DNA of 64,000 nt from Candidatus Zixiibacteriota bacterium. GTDB lineage: Bacteria > RBG-13-66-14 > B26-G2 > WVWN01. The stretch covers positions 32,580-96,579 of the forward strand of contig WVWN01000064.1 in assembly GCA_011773985.1 (NCBI GenBank), in the 5' to 3' direction. The translations under genes and the position numbers were made by a program. Under the pieces are notes generated by a model. The model saw only the letters and a list, made by a program, of their open reading frames with translations. It was not told the origin of the DNA and searched no databases. Each line of letters opens with the position of its first letter. Positions within the stretch are counted from its first letter, which is position 1. This document shows, one piece after another, positions 1 to 9,549 of the stretch.

Positions 1-756
1 TGGGGCGCTGAGCTTCGACCGGTGTTCCCGGCGGCCGCGACGATATCGCCGCGTCCCACCTTCCGGCCTGCGCGGACCTTCAATTCCCGGTTATGGCCGT
101 AGAAAGTGCTATAGCCAGTAAGGCCGTGCTGGATGATGACGAGGCGGCCGTATACGGGGTCCTCCCCGGCGAACGTTACGACGCCCGGCGCCGTCGATGA
201 GACGGGCGTGCCTTCGGGGCACGCGATGTCTACGCCGTTGTGGAAGGAGTAACCTTCGAGGCCCGCATTTTCGGCGAAGCCCCGCGTAACCCAACCTTTT
301 TCCACCGGGTTGCCGTCGGGGGCTTTTAACGCGACGCCTCGGCGCGACGCCACTAGTTCCCGGAATTGTCTGATCCCTTCGGCGACGCTTACAGGCTCGC
401 GGGTTCCCTCCTCGCCCTCTATCGATACGGGAGCGAGTTCCCGCGCGGCTTCGCGTTCGCCCGCCATGACCATTAACTTGTCTTCGACGACCTCGAGTTC
501 GGCGATTTTACGTTCCACCGCGGCGACGCGTTTCACTTCCTCCTTAAGCTGTACGTTCTGGCGTCGGAGCAGCTTGAGTTCGCCGAGTTTGGCCTCGTCC
601 ATAGCTTGGTTTACGACCAGCGCTGCGACCAGTATGAAGAGGACGGAGGCCACGATAACGAGGGCGTAAAAGTGACCTAGTTGCAGGCGGAACGTCAGCG
701 TGCCGGAGCGGTCTTCGGGCGCGATGACGACGTTTATGTGCCTGCGTTTTCCCACG
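1..756 (-). CDS. M23 (LytM) family metallopeptidase with N-terminal TM segment and coiled coil (EnvC/NlpD-like); 3' end cut by window edge
   Basis: Minus-strand translation reads ...GVDIACPEGTPVSSTAPGVVTFAGEDPVYGRLVIIQHGLTGYSTFYGHNRELKVRAGRKVGRGDIVAAAGNTGRSSAP at the window edge (canonical M23 catalytic region); N-terminal part has a hydrophobic helix then a heptad-like coiled coil; probable GTG start at ~756 directly after the moxR stop. Absent from the ORF track because it runs off the window. Confidence 0.75.
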
Positions 757-1740
<984 letters not shown>

Positions 1741-2017
1741 ATTAATTTACGGTCGAAGTTAAAATTATATGTTATCATATGCTATAAAAATCGGCCTGTC
1801 AAGAGCGTTAGCGCCGTGCGGATTGAAATTCCCCCTTTTTGCGCACGCGGGATAGGCGCAGTCCGGGCGAGGTTTTCCGCGATTAAGGGGTGTAGATTAT
1901 TTAAGGTTGCGGCTGCGGAGCGGAGGATTGGTAACTTTACTTACTAACGCCGTTAGCGTTTTTTCGTACAAAGTAAATTTTCCGATGGGCTGTGGCGGCC
2001 GGCCCGGAGGTTGAGAT

Positions 2018-4060
2018 ATGAAACGCTTGTTGGTTATGACGTCGTTAATTGCTGGAATAACGTACGCGACGCCGAAGGTGACGCCCCAACTCGCGGCCCA
2101 CCTCGAGGAGGTTTCGGCCGCCGAGCTCGTACGCATCATAGTCGTGATGGAGGCGCAGATGCCGCCGGGGACGATAACGGCGTTGACGGAGGGCCTGACG
2201 CGCGACGAACGCCGCCTCGTCGTCGAGCAGGAGCTCGGCCGCCTCGCCGAGTCGAGTCAACGCGAGGTGCTCGCGTATTTAAGAGGACGCGCCGCGGCGG
2301 GGTATGCCGCGGAGGTTAAGTCACTCTGGCTCGTGAACGCGGTGACGGCGCGCGCCGATAAGGAGACGATCGAACGCGTATCGACGCTTCCCGGCGTCGC
2401 ATTCGTAGACTGGGACGAGGAGGTCCCGGCCGCGGCGCTCGAGGACGTACTAGAGGGCGTCGCCGACGAAATCGCCTGGGGCGTCGAGAAGATCCGGGCG
2501 CCGGACGTTTGGAAAGAAGGGTACGACGGAACCGACATCGTCGTGTGCGTCTGCGACGGCGGCGTCAATTATAATCACGTCGACCTCGCGGACCACATGT
2601 GGAGCAAGGCCGGCTATCCCAACCACGGTAGGAACTTCGGCGGCGGCGACCCCAACGATACGATGGACTACAACGGCCACGGCACGCACGTCGCCGGGAC
2701 CGTGGCGAGCGACGGCACCGCGGGCTCGCAGTGCGGCGTTGCGCCCAACGCGACGATTATGGTCGCGAAGCTGGGGAGCTGGGAGGGCTCGTGGTTCGAG
2801 GCTTGGCAATGGGCGATTCAAGAGGGCGCCGACGTTATCACGCAATCCTTGTCGATGAAGTATCCCTTCAGTCCGCTTTACGCCCAACACCGCCAGGCCA
2901 GCGAGGGAATCTTGGCCGCGGGCGTCGTCCATGCCAATTCAACGGGTAATCAGGGCCACCAATTGAGCACTCACCCCCTTCCCTTTAACATCCCCGCGCC
3001 GGCGAACTGCCCGCCGCCGTGGCTCCACCCCGACCAAACGCTCCGCGAAGGTAAGGCGGGGACCATGGGCGTTGGCTCCACGGACGACAACGACCTCCGC
3101 GTTTACTCAAGCGGCCGCGGCCCGGCCTCCTGGGATAAGAGCCGCCACGGCAACGTCGCTCCCTACGACGACTACCACTGGGACCCGGGTATGGGCCTCC
3201 TGAAGCCGGACGTAATGGCGCCGGGAAATAATGTCAAGTCGTGCGATTACCAGAACATCAGCGGGTATATTTTCAAGAGCGGGACGTCGATGGCGACGCC
3301 GCACGTCGCGGGCGCCGCGGCCTTACTTTTGGATTATCTGGACACGCTGCCGCCGGCCCAAATCCAAAAGGCCCTCGAGGTTACCGCCAAACCGTGTAAG
3401 GGCCAGGTCAAGGGAAAGGAGAACGACTACGGCTCCGGCCGGATCGACGTCTACGAGGCCCTCCAGCAGCTCAAAAGGTCTGTCGGCATCGACCTTAAGT
3501 ATTTCCGTGCCGCAGGTATGGCGGACCACGTTCGCCTCGCTTGGGATTGCGAGGACGGCACGTACGCCGGCTTCAACGTCTACCGGGGAGCCGAGGGTAC
3601 CGCCGGCCGCGAACGACTCAACGCCGGGTTGATTGCCGGCCGGGCGCCCTTCATATACGAAGACCGGAACGTCAACGCCGGCGTAGGGTATAACTATTGG
3701 CTCGAGGTAATTCCGGGCACGGGGAAGGGCGTGTTATACGGGCCCGCGTCCGCCGCGCCGGGTGCCGAGGAGGCGTACGGTTTCGCTCTCGAGCCGAGCT
3801 ATCCCAATCCGGCAACTACCGAGGCGAATATCAAGTTCTCTTTGCCGGCGGGGGTCTCGGGGGAATACGCTCTCGCCGTGTTCGACCTCGCGGGCCGAAA
3901 GGTCCGGACGGTAGCCGCGGGCGCCGGCGCGCCCGGGGGCTACGAGGTGGCGTGGGACCTCGCCGACGACGCCGGCCGGAAAGTTGCGCCGGGCGTGTAC
4001 TTATGCTGGCTCAGCGCGTCTTGCGGTAGCGCCGGGCGCCGCGTTGTAGTTACGCGCTGA
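2018..4060 (+). CDS. Secreted subtilisin-like serine peptidase (S8) with I9 propeptide and T9SS C-terminal sorting domain
   Basis: Signal peptide; catalytic D (VCVCDGGV), H (NGHGTHVAGT), S (GTSMATPHVAG); C-terminal YPNP...FDLAGRKVRTV...GVYLCWLSA matches the Por_Secre_tail (type A CTD) pattern. Confidence 0.85.
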   Translation: MKRLLVMTSLIAGITYATPKVTPQLAAHLEEVSAAELVRIIVVMEAQMPPGTITALTEGLTRDERRLVVEQELGRLAESSQREVLAYLRGRAAAGYAAEVKSLWLVNAVTARADKETIERVSTLPGVAFVDWDEEVPAAALEDVLEGVADEIAWGVEKIRAPDVWKEGYDGTDIVVCVCDGGVNYNHVDLADHMWSKAGYPNHGRNFGGGDPNDTMDYNGHGTHVAGTVASDGTAGSQCGVAPNATIMVAKLGSWEGSWFEAWQWAIQEGADVITQSLSMKYPFSPLYAQHRQASEGILAAGVVHANSTGNQGHQLSTHPLPFNIPAPANCPPPWLHPDQTLREGKAGTMGVGSTDDNDLRVYSSGRGPASWDKSRHGNVAPYDDYHWDPGMGLLKPDVMAPGNNVKSCDYQNISGYIFKSGTSMATPHVAGAAALLLDYLDTLPPAQIQKALEVTAKPCKGQVKGKENDYGSGRIDVYEALQQLKRSVGIDLKYFRAAGMADHVRLAWDCEDGTYAGFNVYRGAEGTAGRERLNAGLIAGRAPFIYEDRNVNAGVGYNYWLEVIPGTGKGVLYGPASAAPGAEEAYGFALEPSYPNPATTEANIKFSLPAGVSGEYALAVFDLAGRKVRTVAAGAGAPGGYEVAWDLADDAGRKVAPGVYLCWLSASCGSAGRRVVVTR

Positions 4061-4236
4061 CCGTATTTACCGCGGGTGGAGAAGCGGGCCACGCGTACCT
4101 GCTTTTGATTTGGAATTCCGGGCAAATAATTAAGGCCTGCGAGGGCGGAGCTATTCGCGATTAGTACGCCGGCCTGTTATTGAAAAATCTCCGGCGTATG
4201 GAACGGCCGGGGAGAGCGTCGCGCCCTATTATGCTC

Positions 4237-4265
4237 TTGACTTATTGTTAGTATTCAATTATAAT
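4237..4265 (+). promoter_or_regulatory. Near-consensus sigma70-type promoter (TTGACT-N17-TATAAT) upstream of second subtilase
   Basis: TTGACT at 4237-4242, 17-nt spacer, TATAAT at 4260-4265, in an AT-rich island within a GC-rich genome. Confidence 0.45.
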
Positions 4266-4348
4266 TGAACAGGTAATATATAAACCTTAAGGCTCAACCG
4301 GCCTCCGGGTAGGCGTGAAATTCCGGGGGCTTACCAAGAGGACGGGAA

Positions 4349-6397
4349 ATGAAACGTCTATTAATTCTAACGTCGCTGGTAGGTGCCGTGGCGTACGGGT
4401 CGCCCGGCGTCACGCCGGAACTCGCCGCGCATCTGGAGGAGGTCGGCCCTCGCGATCTCGTTCGCGTCCTCGTCGTTATGGAGCAGCAAATGCCCCAGGA
4501 GAGGATTATGGCGTTAACGGATAGGTTAACGCGTGGCGAGCGCCGGACAATCGTCGAGCAGGAATTATCCCGGCTGGCGGACGCGAGCCAGCGCGAGGTG
4601 TTGACCTATCTGAAGGGACGGGCGGCCGCGGGCCGCGCCGCGGACGTCGTGCCGCTTTGGATAGTGAACGCGGTGGCGGCGCGCGCGGACCGAGACACCG
4701 TCGGAGCCGTTTCGGCTTTGCCGGGCGTCGCGTTCGTGCATTGGGATAAGGAAGTTCCAATCGAGGCGTTGCAGGACGTCGTCCCGGCGCCCCAGGATGA
4801 AATAACGTGGAACGTCTCGAAGATCCGCGCGCCCGAAGTTTGGAACGAGGGCTACGACGGCACGGGCATAGTGGTCTGCGTGTCCGACGGCGGCGTCAAC
4901 TACAACCACCGCGACCTCGCCGACCATATGTGGGTCAAGTCGGGTTATCCCAACCACGGCCGGAACTTCAGCGGCGGCGACCCCAACGATACGATGGACT
5001 ATAGCGGTCACGGCACGCACGTCGCCGGGACCGTCGCCTCCGACGGCACCGCCGGCTCGCAGTGCGGCATGGCCCCGAACGCCCAGATAATGATAGCCAA
5101 GTTGGGTAGCCCCTCGAGCACGTGGTTCGCCGCCTGGCAGTGGGCCATAAGCGAGGGGGCCGACGTCATCACCCAATCCTGGTCGAAAAAATATCCGTCC
5201 AGCCCCCTTTACGCCCAGCACCGCCAAGCCAGCGAAAAGATTCTCGCCGCGGGCGTCTTCCACACCAACTCCATCGGCAACCAGGGCAACCAAACCGGTA
5301 CTTACCCCATACCGTTCAACATCGCAACGCCCGGCAATTGCCCGCCCCCTTGGCTCAACCCCAATCAGACGTTGCGCGAGGGCATAGCCGGGACGGTTGG
5401 CGTCGGCGCCACCGACTCGGGCGACAACCTCGCCTATTTCAGCGGCCGGGGCCCGGCCTGCTGGGATAAGGACCGCCATCCCAACATAGCGCCGTACGAC
5501 GACTACCACTGGAGCCCCGGCATGGGCTTATTAAAACCTGACTTCGTAGCTCCGGGTGTCAGCGTTAAGTCCTGCGACTACCGCAACGTCAGCGGCTACA
5601 CGATTAAAAGCGGTACGTCGATGTCCACGCCTTGCGCCGCGGGGGCCGTGGCGCTGTTGTTGGATTATGACGACAAGCTACCGCCGGCACAGGTACAAAA
5701 GGCGCTCGAGCTCACGGCCGTGGACCTCGGGTCGGTGAAGGGTAAAGAGAACGACTACGGCGCCGGCCGTATAGACGTCTATGCCGCCCTCCAGTACCTT
5801 AAGAGTACTAGCGATATCGACCTCAAGTACTTCCGCGCCGCGGCCTTCGACGACCGCGTTCGCCTCGCTTGGGATTGCGAAAGCGGCACGTACGCCGGCT
5901 TCAACATCTACCGCGACGTTAACGGCGGCGCCCCCGCTGGCGGCCGGGTGCGGCTTAACGGCGAATTGATTACCGGCCGGGCGCCGTTCGCGTATGACGA
6001 CGCCGAAGTTAAGGCGGGCGCGACTTACGACTATTGGCTCGAGGTAATCCCGGCTACGGGAAAAGGCCAGTTATTCGGGCCCGCGTCGGCTAAGGCGGGC
6101 GCTAAGAAAGCGTTCGCTTTTGCGCTCGAGCCGAGCTACCCGAACCCGACCGCGACCCAGGCCAACATAAAATTCTCCTTGCCGGCGGGGGTCTCGGGAG
6201 ACTACGCGGTCGCCATATTCGACTTGGCCGGCCGAAAGGTCCGGACCGTTGTCGCGGGCGCCGGCACGCCGGGGCGCTACGAGGCCGTGTGGAACCTGGC
6301 CGACGACGCGGGCCGGAAGGTCTCGCCCGGCGTTTATTTGTATAGACTCAGCGCGTCCTGCGGCAGCGTCGCCCGGCGTTTGGTGGTTACGCGTTAA
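4349..6397 (+). CDS. Secreted subtilisin-like serine peptidase (S8) with T9SS C-terminal sorting domain; tandem paralog of 2018..4060
   Basis: Collinear with the upstream S8 gene along its length (same domain order and many identical motifs); D/H/S triad present; Ser-motif reads GTSMSTPCAAG (Cys in place of the usual His after Pro); same T9SS CTD. Confidence 0.85.
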   Translation: MKRLLILTSLVGAVAYGSPGVTPELAAHLEEVGPRDLVRVLVVMEQQMPQERIMALTDRLTRGERRTIVEQELSRLADASQREVLTYLKGRAAAGRAADVVPLWIVNAVAARADRDTVGAVSALPGVAFVHWDKEVPIEALQDVVPAPQDEITWNVSKIRAPEVWNEGYDGTGIVVCVSDGGVNYNHRDLADHMWVKSGYPNHGRNFSGGDPNDTMDYSGHGTHVAGTVASDGTAGSQCGMAPNAQIMIAKLGSPSSTWFAAWQWAISEGADVITQSWSKKYPSSPLYAQHRQASEKILAAGVFHTNSIGNQGNQTGTYPIPFNIATPGNCPPPWLNPNQTLREGIAGTVGVGATDSGDNLAYFSGRGPACWDKDRHPNIAPYDDYHWSPGMGLLKPDFVAPGVSVKSCDYRNVSGYTIKSGTSMSTPCAAGAVALLLDYDDKLPPAQVQKALELTAVDLGSVKGKENDYGAGRIDVYAALQYLKSTSDIDLKYFRAAAFDDRVRLAWDCESGTYAGFNIYRDVNGGAPAGGRVRLNGELITGRAPFAYDDAEVKAGATYDYWLEVIPATGKGQLFGPASAKAGAKKAFAFALEPSYPNPTATQANIKFSLPAGVSGDYAVAIFDLAGRKVRTVVAGAGTPGRYEAVWNLADDAGRKVSPGVYLYRLSASCGSVARRLVVTR

Positions 6398-6419
6398 ACG
6401 CGATTTAGGCGAACGAAGA

Positions 6420-6444
6420 ACGGTCCCGCGGGGCCGTTTTTTTT
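6420..6444 (+). terminator. Rho-independent terminator (hairpin + T8) after subtilase 2, abutting the convergent ilvC stop
   Basis: CGGTCCCGCGGGGCCG hairpin followed by TTTTTTTT. Confidence 0.45.
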
Positions 6445-7435
6445 ACTCGCGCGGGACTCGCCGGATAATCCTCTCGAACTCCTCGCGCGCGGCCTCGAGG
6501 CGGTCGTTGCGGGCGGCCGCGAGGAACTCTTCGCGACCGCCGAACTTAGCTCTCATCTCCGCGACGAAAGAACCGTCTTCGACGGCACCCAGTATTTCCT
6601 TCAAGGTTTTCTTCGCCTCCGCGCCTACCACTTTCGGGCCGCGGGTCGCCCCGCCGTATAGGGCGGTGGAAGATATACGGCGCCGCATGCCGTCAAGGCC
6701 GTGCTCGTACGTCAAGTCGGCGACGTATTTTATCTCCCGGACGCACTCGATGTAAGCCAGCACCGGCGGGTAGCCCGCCGCCACAAGCGTTTCGAAGGCA
6801 GCCTCGGCCAACGCCGGGAGGCCGCCGCACAGGACCGCTTGTTCCGAGAAGAGGTCGAGTTTGGCTTCCTCGGCGAAGGTCGTGGCTATAACGCCGGCCC
6901 GGCCGCAACCCAGCGCCCGGGCGTACGCCAGCGCGCGCGGCCAGGCTCCGCCCGTGGCATCGCGCGCGACCGCGGCTTTGGCGTTAAGGCCGTGGCCCGC
7001 GACGTAATACTCGCGCAAGAGCCGCCCCGGCCCCATCGGCGCCACGAGCGCTACGTCTACGCCTTCGGGCAACGCGACCTCGCCGAAATGCACGGGCCCG
7101 CCGTGGGCGAAGACGACGACTGCGCCACGTTTTACGTGCGGCGTTACCTCTTGCGCGACGACTTCCCCTTGGACTTCGTCGGGTACGAGGACCGCCACGA
7201 ACGGAGTTTCTTCTACCGCCGCGCCCGGTTCCAAGAGAGTGAAACCGTCTTCCTCGGCACGGGCGCGGCTCGGGCTCCCGGGCCGCAAACCTACGGTCAC
7301 GGCGACGCCGCTGTCGCGGAGGTTAAGGGCTTGCGCGCGCCCTTGGCTCCCGTACCCGATAACGGCTACGCCGGCGTCCTCGAGCGGGGCCGGCGATATG
7401 TCGTCGTCGTGGTAAACTTTGAGGGGTGGATTCAT
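6443..7435 (-). CDS. ilvC: Ketol-acid reductoisomerase (class I)
   Basis: N-terminal GYGSQG NADPH-binding motif, ~330 aa class-I KARI organisation. Confidence 0.9.
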   Translation of the reverse strand: MNPPLKVYHDDDISPAPLEDAGVAVIGYGSQGRAQALNLRDSGVAVTVGLRPGSPSRARAEEDGFTLLEPGAAVEETPFVAVLVPDEVQGEVVAQEVTPHVKRGAVVVFAHGGPVHFGEVALPEGVDVALVAPMGPGRLLREYYVAGHGLNAKAAVARDATGGAWPRALAYARALGCGRAGVIATTFAEEAKLDLFSEQAVLCGGLPALAEAAFETLVAAGYPPVLAYIECVREIKYVADLTYEHGLDGMRRRISSTALYGGATRGPKVVGAEAKKTLKEILGAVEDGSFVAEMRAKFGGREEFLAAARNDRLEAAREEFERIIRRVPRE

Positions 7436-7456
7436 ACAGGTTTATGGCCGTCCGCG

Positions 7457-7918
7457 CTACTCATCTTCCCAGATGAGGATCCGGCCACAGCTTTCGCAGA
7501 ATTCTATGCTGTCCGTGCGACGTATTATGTCGAGGCGCATGGGCGGTATCGTTACGAAGCAACCTTGGCAAACGCCCCCTTTTACGGGCACGATCGCGCG
7601 GTAGTGATATTTTTCGAAGTAACGTTCGTAGAGGGTTCGCAAGTCGTTACGCACTTTATCCAGTTGCGAGACCTTTCCCGTTACGAAACGCTCGAACTCT
7701 TCAATAATGACCTCTATGTCGTCGTCGGTCAGGTCGCCCGCCGATCTTAGTTTCTCGAACGCTGCCTTTAGAGCAACTAAGCTTTTGTCGATATTCCGAA
7801 GTTCGCGCAAGACGTCCAAGTCCCGGCTTGGGTCGTAATTTTTTTCGTCGGCGTTATCGGTAGGCAAACTGAATTCCTCCTCTACGCGGTCATAATGCGA
7901 CGCCCGCGCGGCCGTCAT
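7457..7918 (-). CDS. Coiled-coil plus C4 zinc-ribbon protein (COG1579/DUF164-like)
   Basis: Acidic coiled-coil N-terminus, C-terminal CQGC...CESC zinc ribbon; this family is frequently found next to RNase G/E genes; 4-nt overlap with rng start. Confidence 0.6.
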   Translation of the reverse strand: MTAARASHYDRVEEEFSLPTDNADEKNYDPSRDLDVLRELRNIDKSLVALKAAFEKLRSAGDLTDDDIEVIIEEFERFVTGKVSQLDKVRNDLRTLYERYFEKYHYRAIVPVKGGVCQGCFVTIPPMRLDIIRRTDSIEFCESCGRILIWEDE

Positions 7919-9444
7919 TCGGCGTATTTTCTGGTTCGCCGAAGCGGGTCAACTATTTCGACGTCGTCCAGCGCCAAATCTTCCCGCGAGACTACGTTCA
8001 CGTGTGCGTCGTGTTCGAGCTCGAGGCGGCTGAGGCGTTCCGCGAAGGCCGTTTCCAAGAAATTTTTAACGCGCGGATGAACAACGACCGTGATTTCCTC
8101 GAGCGCGGCGTTGCGCAAGTGGCGCGCGATTTCCCGCTCGACCTTCGCCCCGAGTACGTCCAAGTCCGGCACGCTGCCGCGGCCTCGGCAATACGGGCAC
8201 GCACGGCTCAACGCGGAAACCAAGCTGCCGCGTTGCCGTTGGCGGGTCATCTCAACCATACCCAATTCCGACAGTTCCAGGATTTTACTGCGGGCTCGGT
8301 CGCGCGCCATATGTTCCCGGAGGGCTTCGAGGACCAGCTCCTTATTTTCCGGGACCGTCATGTCTATGAAGTCGATGATTATTATCCCGCCGATGTTTCG
8401 TAGGCGCACCTGCCGGGCGATTTCGGCCGCGGCCTCGAGATTGGTCTTGAGTATGGTTTCTTCGTGGTCGGCGCGGCCCAGGAAACGTCCCGTGTTTACG
8501 TCAACCGCCACGAGCGCCTCCGCCTCGTCAATTACGATGTAGCCCCCGCTCCGGAGCCAGACCCTGCGCCGGAACATACGGTCGATTTCCGCCTCTGCGC
8601 CGTACGCGTCGAGTAAGGGATGGTCGTCTTCGTACAGCCGGACCCGTGGGGCTAACTGCGGCGCGTATTTCTCGGCGAGGGCCGTGACACGTCCGTAGGC
8701 ATCGAGCGAATCTACAATAAAAGTGTCCACGTGGCCCGTAAATTCGTCACGCAGGACCCGTTCCAGTAGGTCCTTGTCTTTATAGAGGAGCGCGGGCGCC
8801 CGCTTTCGTTCGCTTTTCTTTAAAATAAGCCGCCACGTGTCTAGTAAGTCCTCCATATCGCGGAAGATAAGTTCGGACTCGACGCCCTGGGCCGCGGTGC
8901 GGATTATAAGGCCGTGGCTTTGCGGTTTGACCTCGTCGGCGAGGCGCCGCAAGCGTGCGCGTTCCTCCTCGTCATCTATACGCGAGGAGATGTTGACCCG
9001 GTCGACGTAGGGCGTTAGTACGAGGTAGCGCCCCGGGACGGCGACGGCCGTGGTTAGTTTCGGGCCTTTGTCGCCGATGGATTCTTTGGTCACCTGGACA
9101 ATTACGTTCTGGCCGGGTTGGAGTACGTCAGCGATGTCGCCGCGCGCCTTGGGCGAGGGTAGGGTCGCGGCTATGCCCGCCTGCGACAAGAAGAGCTCGT
9201 CTACGTCTTCGATGCCGGTTGTGACCACGTCGGAGGCGTGGAGCAGCCCCCGTTTCTCGTGGCCGATGTTGACGAAAGCCGACCCGAGGCCGGGGAGCAC
9301 GTCTTCTACCCGCCCCTTGAAAATATCGCCCGCATAATGTGTCGCGTCCTCGTGCTCGAGGTATAGCTCGACCAGTTTCCCGTTCTCGACGACGGCGATA
9401 CGTACTTCGCCCAGCGACGTGTCTACCAGGATCTCTTTCTGCAT
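7915..9444 (-). CDS. rng: Ribonuclease G/E family endoribonuclease
   Basis: S1 domain N-terminus (GDIFKGRVEDVLPGLGSAFVNIG), Rne/Rng catalytic core, 509 aa. Confidence 0.85.
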   Translation of the reverse strand: MQKEILVDTSLGEVRIAVVENGKLVELYLEHEDATHYAGDIFKGRVEDVLPGLGSAFVNIGHEKRGLLHASDVVTTGIEDVDELFLSQAGIAATLPSPKARGDIADVLQPGQNVIVQVTKESIGDKGPKLTTAVAVPGRYLVLTPYVDRVNISSRIDDEEERARLRRLADEVKPQSHGLIIRTAAQGVESELIFRDMEDLLDTWRLILKKSERKRAPALLYKDKDLLERVLRDEFTGHVDTFIVDSLDAYGRVTALAEKYAPQLAPRVRLYEDDHPLLDAYGAEAEIDRMFRRRVWLRSGGYIVIDEAEALVAVDVNTGRFLGRADHEETILKTNLEAAAEIARQVRLRNIGGIIIIDFIDMTVPENKELVLEALREHMARDRARSKILELSELGMVEMTRQRQRGSLVSALSRACPYCRGRGSVPDLDVLGAKVEREIARHLRNAALEEITVVVHPRVKNFLETAFAERLSRLELEHDAHVNVVSREDLALDDVEIVDPLRRTRKYAE

Positions 9445-9549
9445 CGTACAATCGGCGGAGCTACCGCGGCGACCACAAAGTGAAATTCTTCTTTTATTAT
9501 TATACCAACCGCGTCGCCGCGAAGCAAAGGAAAAACCGCGCCGCCTGCG

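Noticed and set aside
4565-5509. 314-aa minus-strand ORF
   Set aside because: Antisense to subtilase 2; no motifs.
6701-7750. 349-aa plus-strand ORF
   Set aside because: Entirely antisense to the well-supported ilvC gene; Arg-rich low-complexity translation typical of high-GC shadow ORFs.
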